A stretch of DNA of 24,000 bases from the sequence record OM135992.1; one strand, given 5' to 3'. This stretch comes from Brochothrix phage ADU4. The notes below the pieces were generated by a model. It was given only the letters and a program-made list of their open reading frames with translations, did not search any database and was not told where the DNA came from. The translations under genes and the position numbers were made by a program. This document shows positions 1-7,200 of the stretch, piece after piece (the stretch's first letter is position 1; every line of letters begins with the position of its first letter).

Positions 1-150
1 ATAAATATAAATATAAATATAAATATAAATATAAATATAAATATAAATATAAATATAAATATAAATATAAATATAAATATAAATATAAATATAAATATAA
101 ATATAAATATAAATATAAATATAAATATAAATAAAAATAAAAATAAAAAG
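1..150. repeat. (ATAAAT)n hexanucleotide tandem array, about 22 units, decaying into AAATAA/AAAATAA units
   Basis: Direct reading: perfect 6-bp periodicity from base 1 to about 131, then degenerate A-rich units to about 148. It touches the window edge, so its true length is unknown. Confidence 0.97.
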
Positions 151-174
151 CACTCAGATATGTTTCTGAATGCT
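140..174 (-). terminator. Leftward Rho-independent-like terminator whose U-tract runs into the hexamer array
   Basis: AGCA-c-TCAG (149-157) pairs with CTGA-a-TGCT (166-174). On the minus strand this is followed by CTTTTTATTTTTATTTTT. It lies downstream of the leftward ORFs 319-552 and 545-988. Confidence 0.55.
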
Positions 175-192
175 TCGATGTGTTAATGGTAA

Positions 193-313
193 ATGTCCCT
201 ATTACTGTTTTAGTAGACTTAGCTATTATATTTAATTATTACTTAAAGATAAGTATATTACTAATATATATAAAATATAATAGCTATTGAGCTTAAAACA
301 TTAATAGGGACAT
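193..313. repeat. Large nested imperfect palindrome in the AT-rich intergenic region
   Basis: 193-212 pairs with 294-313 (20 bp, 1 mismatch); 221-233 (AGCTATTATATTT) pairs perfectly with 273-285 (AAATATAATAGCT); apical ACTTA/TAAGT at 241-245/250-254. Confidence 0.85.
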
Positions 314-318
314 ATCTA

Positions 319-552
319 CTAAGCTATTTCTTTGTAACTGTAAAACAGAACATTACGATAGTTAACCCTTACAGGTTTGTCACCACTACCAGTACATTCA
401 AGACTAGCATTACCTGCACCTACTAAAAAAGCATCCATATAGCTTACAGGGTTATAAGACATAGTCGCCTTAGGTACATGTTTAAACGATAAAGTTTCAG
501 TTACAAAAATCTCAAATTCATATTTTTTCATTGTGTCCTCCGATTTAACCAA
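319..552 (-). CDS. Hypothetical small protein (77 aa)
   Basis: ORF track; overlaps the upstream leftward ORF by 8 nt, consistent with an operon. Confidence 0.6.
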   Translation of the reverse strand: MVKSEDTMKKYEFEIFVTETLSFKHVPKATMSYNPVSYMDAFLVGAGNASLECTGSGDKPVRVNYRNVLFYSYKEIA

Positions 553-988
553 ACCATAGTTTAACCAACCAAGTTGAAATAACGGTTATGATAGCTACGA
601 TTAAGGTCGTTTTATTTGTGCTCAGAACGTTAACTTCTCGTTTTCGTTCTTTTTGAGCGTTCTCTAACTCTTTGAGTGTGTTGTTCATTGTAAGCATAAA
701 GTTACTTAGCCTCTCTTCCAGAAGAGCTAGGTCCTTGTCAACAGCGCTTATCTTATCTTGCATGTCTTTCAGTTCCTCTGAAAAGGCACTTATCTGATTC
801 TTAATATCTCCAACAGTGACAGGCAAGTCTTGTTTAATATCCTCTTTCAGATGCTCCATCTCAGTTAAAACCCTAACAATTTCAGACCTAAGCTTTTCGA
901 TGGCAAGACTAACTTCGAGACTATCAGTAGAAGGTGAGTTATCAGCGTACCGCTCGTTAATAGCTCCTCGTTTATCCTCTCTAGCCAT
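545..988 (-). CDS. Hypothetical protein with a long coiled-coil region and a C-terminal transmembrane segment (147 aa)
   Basis: Heptad-rich EIRVLTEMEHLKEDIKQ...LNNTLKELENAQKERKR followed by hydrophobic TTLIVAIITVISTWLVKLWF; RBS-like AGGAAGGAG upstream on the minus strand. Confidence 0.75.
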   Translation of the reverse strand: MAREDKRGAINERYADNSPSTDSLEVSLAIEKLRSEIVRVLTEMEHLKEDIKQDLPVTVGDIKNQISAFSEELKDMQDKISAVDKDLALLEERLSNFMLTMNNTLKELENAQKERKREVNVLSTNKTTLIVAIITVISTWLVKLWFG

Positions 989-1139
989 CGTTCGCTCCTT
1001 CCTACGCTTATTAAAAAAGTTGTTCGTATTGGCGTACTATAGTATGCTATAATGGGGGTATAGACACGCTACCTTAGTCATATAATAATATAACTAATAT
1101 TTGTACTCACCACAGTACGAGTGTTAAGGAGGCTCAGTC

Positions 1140-1454
1140 GTGAACTACAGACACATTAGCATAAAGATGGTGATTATTTTGTTCATTGAGGCATCGTTTT
1201 TCACCGTCGCACCTTACCTCGCACAGGTTTTAGGAGCACACGCTTACGAACTCATCGCTACCATATCAGCGGGGATTGCTGTTGCTATAGCAGTCGTAAT
1301 ATGTTATGATAGAGTCGTTATAGCGCCTCAAAAAGAGGAAGAGATTTCTAGGATAAAAGAAGACCTGCGAGTTTGTATGGAGATAACCGAACAACATACC
1401 CAAACAATCGCACGTCAGAATAAGGTAAGCAAAGCCCATGTTAAAAAACCATAA
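1140..1454 (+). CDS. Small membrane protein (two predicted TM segments; possible holin-like, unproven)
   Basis: GTG start after AAGGAGG; hydrophobic IKMVIILFIEASFFTVAPYLAQVLG and ELIATISAGIAVAIAVVICY. Confidence 0.7.
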   Translation: MNYRHISIKMVIILFIEASFFTVAPYLAQVLGAHAYELIATISAGIAVAIAVVICYDRVVIAPQKEEEISRIKEDLRVCMEITEQHTQTIARQNKVSKAHVKKP

Positions 1455-1755
1455 TTCCAGCTCCAGCCGTGCCTACTTCGTGTTCGCTAACTCTCTTACA
1501 AGTTTTATACACGGACGTACACGCCTAGACTGGAACATGAGCATGTTCATAGGTTACGCTTGCGCTTACAAGTATATTGAGGAGGAGAGCGAGGACCTCA
1601 CTACATTTATGCTTGACATTAAGGGTCTGGTGGACATACAGAACGAGTTCTTTGACGTCTCTATCCCTGCTAATCTTTATCAGGTCTTGGGCGCTAACAT
1701 AGGCTCTCTTTATCGTCTAGCTTTCAGGAGGGAGATAGATATTGATGACATATAA
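1438..1755 (+). CDS. Hypothetical protein (105 aa)
   Basis: ORF track; overlaps neighbouring rightward ORFs; the exact start is uncertain. Confidence 0.5.
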   Translation: MLKNHNSSSSRAYFVFANSLTSFIHGRTRLDWNMSMFIGYACAYKYIEEESEDLTTFMLDIKGLVDIQNEFFDVSIPANLYQVLGANIGSLYRLAFRREIDIDDI

Positions 1756-2029
1756 AGAATACGAAATAATGCAAATTAATATGCTCGCCAATCTACCGTA
1801 TACTCGGATTCGCCATATCAACAAGTCACACAGCGAGAACAAGTCCCATTTATGCGTTAATTGTGGAGCAGAGCTAACAAAGTTTTATTACTCAACAGCA
1901 AGTTACAAAGTCAACATACCTTTTAAAATTGTGTACACAGACACGTTCTTATATCTCGCAGTCTGTAGCGACACGAAAGGGTGTTATCAGAGATATTGTG
2001 AAAGGATTGATAATAATGTCAATGGCTGA
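1742..2029 (+). CDS. Hypothetical protein with paired cysteines (95 aa)
   Basis: CVNC...CSDTKGC, possible zinc-binding knuckles; overlaps the adjacent genes in a compact array. Confidence 0.55.
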   Translation: MMTYKEYEIMQINMLANLPYTRIRHINKSHSENKSHLCVNCGAELTKFYYSTASYKVNIPFKIVYTDTFLYLAVCSDTKGCYQRYCERIDNNVNG

Positions 2030-2417
2030 CAACATAAAAGAAAAAGCAACAAAGAAACAGCAAGTGTCTCAAGCAGAAGTCGCACAGACGTTTTCGGATA
2101 TTGCTTCGGCAACGCTAAGCAAATTCCTTGAGAATATGACCGCAGGAAAAATAGAAGTCACTGACCTCGTAGACGTCCAACGTATATACGTTATGTGGAA
2201 AGAGATGGTTGGGTACCAAGACATGCTCGCAGGTGGAGCAGGTGATGGTCAGCTACCAGAGATTAAATCAGGTGAGATGAGAGCGCTAGAAGAAGCGGGC
2301 GTTATCGGAGACGAAGAGACTCTAGTCAACCTTGAAGAGCTATCGCCAGAGAAGATACAAGCTGTTGCTGACAGTATCATGCAACAACATAATGACGAGA
2401 ACGCAGGTACCTTCTAA
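2016..2417 (+). CDS. Probable terminase small subunit or packaging accessory protein, immediately upstream of TerL
   Basis: The ORF track gives 1929-2417, but AAAGGA (about 2001-2006) followed by ATG at 2016 or 2022 is the better start (MSMADNIKEKATKKQQ...). Small charged helical protein; the function is inferred from gene order only. Confidence 0.5.
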   Translation: MSMADNIKEKATKKQQVSQAEVAQTFSDIASATLSKFLENMTAGKIEVTDLVDVQRIYVMWKEMVGYQDMLAGGAGDGQLPEIKSGEMRALEEAGVIGDEETLVNLEELSPEKIQAVADSIMQQHNDENAGTF

Positions 2418-2644
2418 TGGGCTATATTGCACCTGACCTTAGAGGAGAAACGTTACAGCGAATGGCGAGAGCGACATTTGAAACAGATAAGGTTACACCA
2501 GAGCAGTTAAGGTACGTGCTTACTATGAGCGTTCCTTCTGCGTATCTGTTAGCCTACCACACTGTTAAAGGTCATCCGATAACCTTTAGCATCCCTAACA
2601 GGGACTCGTCAAAAGCTGTAGCACACAGACCTTGGCAAACGGAT
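2417..2644 (+). CDS. terL: Terminase large subunit, exon 1
   Basis: MGYIAPDLRGETLQ...AVAHRPWQTD ending at GAT; 5' splice site called from the P1 pairing CGGAU/GUUCG with U.G at the junction; phase 0. Confidence 0.8.
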
Positions 2645-2968
2645 AGACAAACATGTTCGATATAAACCTCACTAAACGGGCACAGAAAAGCTAAGATAAA
2701 AACTGCCAAACCTTCAATATGAAGGACGAACATTCTGATAAGAGAGCCTAATCCCTGAAAAAAGGGTAGAGGTAATCCCGTGCTAAATCATTCTTAAGAA
2801 TGTAAATGCCTAGAGACTAAATTTCTAAGCGAATATCTAAATGGAGATGTGTAACTTAGATAAGAAAACCTCGAGAGAGGAAGTAACGTGAGGAGCCTTG
2901 AGCCAAAAATCAAGGTTAAGATATAGTCCAGTCCCCTAATAAATATCGGGAAACCGAGGGTACAAACG
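2645..2968 (+). other. Group I intron 1 in terL (324 nt, no ORF)
   Basis: Core motifs GAGACTA (R-like) and AAGATATAGTCC (S-like, P7 partner); terminal G at 2968; joining the flanks gives HRPWQTD/IINDQHPNKVVMKSRQLGLSE in frame. Confidence 0.88.
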
Positions 2969-3106
2969 ATAATAAACGACCAACATCCCAACAAGGTCGT
3001 AATGAAGTCACGTCAGCTTGGATTGTCTGAGATAGGTGTAGCTGAGATGCTATGGTTCGCAGATAGGTACTCAGCCAATAAAGTTAAGTGTATGTATGCC
3101 TTCCCT
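2969..3106 (+). CDS. terL: Terminase large subunit, exon 2 (ATPase Walker A-like KSRQLGLSE)
   Basis: Translation IINDQHPNKVVMKSRQLGLSEIGVAEMLWFADRYSANKVKCMYAFP; 138 nt = 46 codons. Confidence 0.9.
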
Positions 3107-3447
3107 AGGTTATAATGGGGCTTTACACAGTAATGTGTATTGAGAAATCTTGCTAAACGGGCACAGAAAAGCTAAGATAAAAACTGCCAAACCTTCAATA
3201 CGAAGGACGAACATTCTGATAAGAGAGCCTAACCCCTGAAAAGGGCAGAGGTAATCCCGTGCTAAATTGGTAGCAATACCATAAATGCCTAACGACTAAA
3301 CTTCTAAGCGAATATCTAAATGGAGATGTGTAGCTTAGATAATAAAACCTCGAGAGAGGAAGTAACGCAAGAGACCCATCACCAAAAAGATGGGTTATGA
3401 TATAGTCTAGTCCCTTAATAAATATCGGGAAACCAAGGGTATAAACG
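3107..3447 (+). other. Group I intron 2 in terL (341 nt, no ORF)
   Basis: P1: exon CCCU / intron GGGG; CGACTA and TATAGTC P7-type pair; ends in G 3447; joins AFP/TYRQLDDF. Confidence 0.88.
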
Positions 3448-3615
3448 ACATACAGACAGCTAGACGATTTCATTAAGACACGGTTAGACCCCGTCATCCA
3501 CTCAGGTTATTACAGCACAATTTTAAGCCCTGATGGTGACTCTGTTAAAGGTAAAAGAATAAGAGATTCATTCTTACTATTCCGCTCAGCTAGTAAAGCA
3601 AGCTCAGTGGAGGGT
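3448..3615 (+). CDS. terL: Terminase large subunit, exon 3
   Basis: TYRQLDDFIKTRLDPVIHSGYYSTILSPDGDSVKGKRIRDSFLLFRSASKASSVEG; 168 nt = 56 codons. Confidence 0.9.
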
Positions 3616-3962
3616 ATATCAATGCCCCTTTACACAGTAATGTGTATCGAATAACTCCTTTAAACGGGCAAAGCTGAAACTACATAAAAATAACCAACCT
3701 TCCTTGTGAAGGAGGAATAAGCTGATAAGAGAGCCTAAGTCCAAAAGGATAGAGGTAATCCCGTGCTAAATCATTCGTAAGAATGTAAATGCCTAACGAC
3801 TAAACTCACAATAAGCCATTCAAATGGGAATGCCATTATTGTGTAAGAAAACCTCAATGGAGGAAGTAACAGGGAGAGCCCACCACCAAAAAGATGGGTT
3901 ATGATATAGTCTAGACCCTTAATAAATATCGGGAAACCGAGGGTGTTTACTTATGTAAATAG
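3616..3962 (+). other. Group I intron 3 in terL (347 nt, no ORF) with an atypical 3' tail
   Basis: P1: exon GGGU / intron GCCC; same core as the other copies; 3' end read as ...TTTACTTATGTAAATAG before GTTGATATTGAC. Confidence 0.8.
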
Positions 3963-3985
3963 GTTGATATTGACTACCTATCCCT
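3963..3985 (+). CDS. terL: Terminase large subunit, 23-nt microexon 4 (VDIDYLS + CT)
   Basis: GTT GAT ATT GAC TAC CTA TCC CT continues SVEG as expected for the hydrophobic strand before the Walker B acidic residues; a P1 CCCU/GGGG pairing starts the next intron. Confidence 0.72.
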
Positions 3986-4323
3986 AAGGTATAATGGGGC
4001 TTTACACAGTAATGTGTATTGAAAAATCTTGCTAAACGGGCAAAGCTGAAACTACATAAAAATAACCAACCTTCCTTGTGAAGGAGGAATAAGCTGATAA
4101 GAGAGCCTAAGTCCAAAAGGATAGAGGTAATCCCGTGCTAAATTGGTAGCAATACCATAAATGCCTAACGACTAAACTTCTAAGCGAATATCTAAATGGA
4201 GATGTGTAGCTTAGATAAGAAAACCTCGAGAGAGGAAGTAAAGCAGAACGCCCATCACCAAAAAGATGGGTTATGATATAGTCTAGTCCCCTAATAAATA
4301 TCGGGAAACCGAGGGTATAAACG
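3986..4323 (+). other. Group I intron 4 in terL (338 nt); possibly a fusion of two original introns
   Basis: Complete-looking intron by similarity to copies 2 and 5, but its flanking exons are in incompatible phases (2 then 0) and lack the DEYDR-type segment. Confidence 0.8.
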
Positions 4324-4637
4324 ACAACACCCAACTACGGCATCCACGATTTATTCGAGCACTCGGATAAAAAACATTATCTCCATGAGTGCGCTCACTG
4401 CCATCACTGGAATAAGATGAGTTACGATTACTATGAAGATGGCGGTAACATTAAACTTGTCAATCCAGAAGGTTACGACGAGCTAAATAGACAAGTTGCA
4501 GACGGAACGTTCGCTTTTGTTTGTAACAATTGTGGTAACCTGTTAGATAGATGGTACAACGGTAAGTGGGTTGCTGATGCTCCACATATTAACGCCATGA
4601 GTGGTTACTTTATTTCACAGCTTAATGCAGTGTGGGT
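4324..4637 (+). CDS. terL: Terminase large subunit, downstream exon (here exon 5)
   Basis: TTPNYGIHDLFEHSDKKHYLHECAHCHHWNKM...CNNCGNLLDRWYNGKWVADAPHINAMSGYFISQLNAVW(V); Cys/His pairs as in SPO1-type terminases. Confidence 0.9.
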
Positions 4638-4972
4638 GAACTACGCCCCCTTACACAGTAATGTGTATTGAAAAATCTTGCTAAACGGGCAAAGCTGAAA
4701 CTACATAAAAATAACCAACCTTCCTTGTGAAGGAGGAATAAGCTGATAAGAGAACCTAAGTCCAAAAGGATAGAGGTAATCCCGTGCTAAATCATTCGTA
4801 AGAATGTAAATGCCTAACGACTAAATTTCTAAGAGAATATCTAAATGGGGATGTGTAACTTAGATAATAAAACCTCGAGAGAGGAAGTAACGCAAGAAAC
4901 CCCTCACCAAAAAGAGGGGTTATGATATAGTCTAGTCCCCTAATAAATATCGGGAAACCGAGGGTATAAACG
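4638..4972 (+). other. Group I intron 5 in terL (335 nt, no ORF)
   Basis: P1: exon GGGU / intron GCCC; CGACTA...TATAGTC; terminal G 4972; joins QLNAVWV/SADDLKRKEL in frame. Confidence 0.88.
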
Positions 4973-5792
4973 AAGCGCCGATGACCTTAAAAGGAAGGAG
5001 CTAGTCTCTAAGTCTAAGCAGACCTTTTACAACTATGTTATAGGTGTCCCTTACCAAGATATCGCAATGGCGATTGTAGAACGTGACATAGAAAACACAT
5101 TACGTGAAGATATGCCTGATATGCTTCATAGCCGAGGGGATTACACAAGCGTAGTTGTTGGTATTGACTGGGGAGAGCATTTCCACTGGGTAGTTGTTAT
5201 GGGAAGACGAGCGAACGGACTTGTAGATATTATGCGAGTCTTTAACGTTAAGTCGTCTAAGTCTAATACTAAAGATATTGAGGCAGATATCAAGTCTCTT
5301 ATCGCCCAAGTAGACCTCTACAGTCCAGACCTCATTCTTGCAGATATTGGTTTCAGTGGTAACTACATCGCTAAGCTGATTAACGCTTTTGGAAAACACC
5401 GTACATTCGGAGTTCAAGTTAACCCCGCTAAGTCAAACGGACAGGTTCATCCCGTTTGGAACGAGAACGGTAACAAGGTAACAATAGACAAGCTCACTCA
5501 GAACACCATCTTCATTGAGGCAATCAAAACTAAACGAGTAGGTTTGTGGAGTAACAAAACAGCCGAAAGAAGCATGTTTACTGAGCACTGGACAAACGTT
5601 GTTATACGAGACGTGGAGGACGAGCGCACAGGAGAGATACAGAAGGAAATCACACGTAAAGGTGATGACCACTGGGCTCAAGCATCTGTGTATGCTAACG
5701 TAGCCATGAACCACATTATTGATAACGTTACTTCACGTAGCAACGCTTTCAATTACACTGACGTATCAGGACAAGATAATTTAGGATTTTAA
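4973..5792 (+). CDS. terL: Terminase large subunit, last exon (RNase H-fold nuclease domain)
   Basis: (V)SADDLKRKELVSKSKQTFYNYVIGVPYQD...VVVGIDWGEHFHWVVVMGRR...LILADIGFSGNYIAKLINAFG; extends the tracked ORF 5067-5792 upstream in the same frame. Confidence 0.92.
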
Positions 5793-5798
5793 ACTTAG

Positions 5799-5829
5799 GG
5801 GTTGACTTCGGTCAGCCCTTTTGTTATTA
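5799..5829 (+). terminator. Rho-independent terminator after terL, overlapping a promoter
   Basis: GGGTTGAC-TTCG-GTCAGCCC (8 bp with one T.G) followed by TTTTTGTTATT. Confidence 0.8.
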
Positions 5830-5830
5830 T
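5802..5830 (+). promoter_or_regulatory. Sigma70-like promoter overlapping the terL terminator
   Basis: TTGACT (5802-5807), 17-nt spacer, TATTAT (5825-5830). Confidence 0.6.
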
Positions 5831-5884
5831 AAAGGTATAGATAAGAAAAGGGTATTTACCCATTAATGGAACAGGAGGATAATA

Positions 5885-6511
5885 ATGAATAACGAGACTA
5901 ACGAGGAAGTATCTAAAGGTGGTAATAAGGACCTTGGTAAACTAACACCTCAAAAGAAGACAGTAATCAGAAACGGTAAGCCAATGGAAACTACTATTTA
6001 TGTAGACGGTGACCAAAAAGAACAAAGTGATGACAAGCCAAAAGCAAGTACAGAGGAAGAACAGGCACCGGTGTCTAACCTCGCATCCAATATGACTAAG
6101 AAGACACACGACACACAACCTAAGTTGACATCTTCTGAGATGAAGGAGCTTGGGGTAGGGGAAGCAGATATCATAAGCGCTAATGATAGCAATAAGAGTA
6201 ACAAAGAAAACTATGTTACATTAACAGATGATGAGGGCAAAAAAACAGCCCTAATCACCTACTTAGAGACAGACAAGTATATTGTAATGTTGGATATCGC
6301 ATCTAACGATACAGTTATTGGTGCAGGTGTACGTGGTTTTTATGAGGCATGTAAGTTAGCGGTTGACGCTGAAAAAGGTGTATCCGTATCTGACGACATG
6401 GGACCTAACCTTGGGGGCTTTGCTGAGGACAATGGTATGAAGCTAAACAAGGATGGCGATTGGGTGTTAGAAGCTAATGATGTTGCTTACTTATTTAAAG
6501 ACGACAACTAG
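5885..6511 (+). CDS. Hypothetical phage protein (208 aa; acidic and lysine-rich low-complexity N-terminus)
   Basis: ORF track; RBS AGGAGG upstream. Confidence 0.8.
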   Translation: MNNETNEEVSKGGNKDLGKLTPQKKTVIRNGKPMETTIYVDGDQKEQSDDKPKASTEEEQAPVSNLASNMTKKTHDTQPKLTSSEMKELGVGEADIISANDSNKSNKENYVTLTDDEGKKTALITYLETDKYIVMLDIASNDTVIGAGVRGFYEACKLAVDAEKGVSVSDDMGPNLGGFAEDNGMKLNKDGDWVLEANDVAYLFKDDN

Positions 6512-6533
6512 CCTACTTTCACCCACTAATCTG

Positions 6534-6542
6534 TGGTATAAT
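6534..6542 (+). promoter_or_regulatory. Extended -10 promoter element
   Basis: TGGTATAAT upstream of the 6577 ORF; weak -35. Confidence 0.5.
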
Positions 6543-6576
6543 ATGTATATATCATATTTAGCGGGAGGAAAATTAC

Positions 6577-7152
6577 ATGGCTATTAAAAATATTAAAACA
6601 TGGTTCTCACGTAAAGAGGACAGCAAAGAAGATACGTACGTACCCCTAAACTTAGAAACGGTACACACCTTAACTAACGCTTCTAAACGTACACCAGAAG
6701 AACGAGAAGCTATGCTAGATGCGTATGCAGATACCGTAGTTGAATGGTTCAAGGAACGTTACGAAAACTTCCAGTTTAAGTTAGCACGTAGCACAAAAGA
6801 GGACGACTCTGCAAGTTTGATTGACATCGAGGTTCACCGTACAGCCTATAACACAGAGGCATGGACATTACTAGTCAGCTACATTATGAAAGCGGTATTG
6901 ACAGATGAAGAAATCAATGCTAAAGTAATAAGTAAGTTAGCTGAGCTTAAAGACAGCGAGGGTAAACTCATATTTGATGGTGTTACTATCATTGCGGATG
7001 TTGACGGCGCACCTATGTCAGGTTGCAGTAACCCGATGCAAGGAGAGTCACTTGTTATTCGTTTAGCTTTAGCTAATGATGAGGATGCTGACAGTGTTAT
7101 TGAGCGTATTAGAAAAGAAACAGCAGAGATTGAAGCAATGAGAGCAAAATAA
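6577..7152 (+). CDS. Hypothetical phage protein (191 aa)
   Basis: ORF track; RBS GGGAGGAAAA upstream; MAIKNIKTWFSRKEDSKED... Confidence 0.8.
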   Translation: MAIKNIKTWFSRKEDSKEDTYVPLNLETVHTLTNASKRTPEEREAMLDAYADTVVEWFKERYENFQFKLARSTKEDDSASLIDIEVHRTAYNTEAWTLLVSYIMKAVLTDEEINAKVISKLAELKDSEGKLIFDGVTIIADVDGAPMSGCSNPMQGESLVIRLALANDEDADSVIERIRKETAEIEAMRAK

Positions 7153-7165
7153 TTAATAAAAAGTG

Positions 7166-7194
7166 TTGACAGGTATTAAAACCTGTGTTATACT
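7166..7194 (+). promoter_or_regulatory. Strong consensus-like promoter driving the ncRNA/tRNA locus
   Basis: TTGACA (7166-7171), 17-nt spacer, TATACT (7189-7194), immediately upstream of the long-range helix arm at 7216. Confidence 0.88.
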
Positions 7195-7200
7195 TTAGAT

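Noticed and set aside
1-150. CRISPR array or satellite with spacers
   Set aside because: Pure 6-bp tandem repeat with no spacers; no Cas genes are present.
2417-2665. Tracked 82-aa ORF as a complete protein
   Set aside because: Its last 6 residues (RQTCSI) read into intron 1. The true frame continues in exon 2.
2794-4334. Minus-strand ORFs 2794-2994, 3195-3497, 3919-4116 and 4107-4334 with repeated peptide 'VVYTLGFPIFI...LLPLSRFSYLSYTSPFRYSLRSLVVRHLW'
   Set aside because: They are antisense translations of the repeated group I introns; the apparent protein similarity only reflects intron homology.
4417-4671. Tracked ORF 4417-4671 as a separate zinc-finger protein
   Set aside because: It is the interior of the 4324-4637 terL exon plus intron 5 sequence, not an independent gene.
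3107-4972. Insertion sequences or retroelements as the cause of terL interruption
   Set aside because: No transposase or reverse transcriptase ORFs, no terminal inverted repeats or target duplications; the group I core and clean exon junctions explain the insertions.
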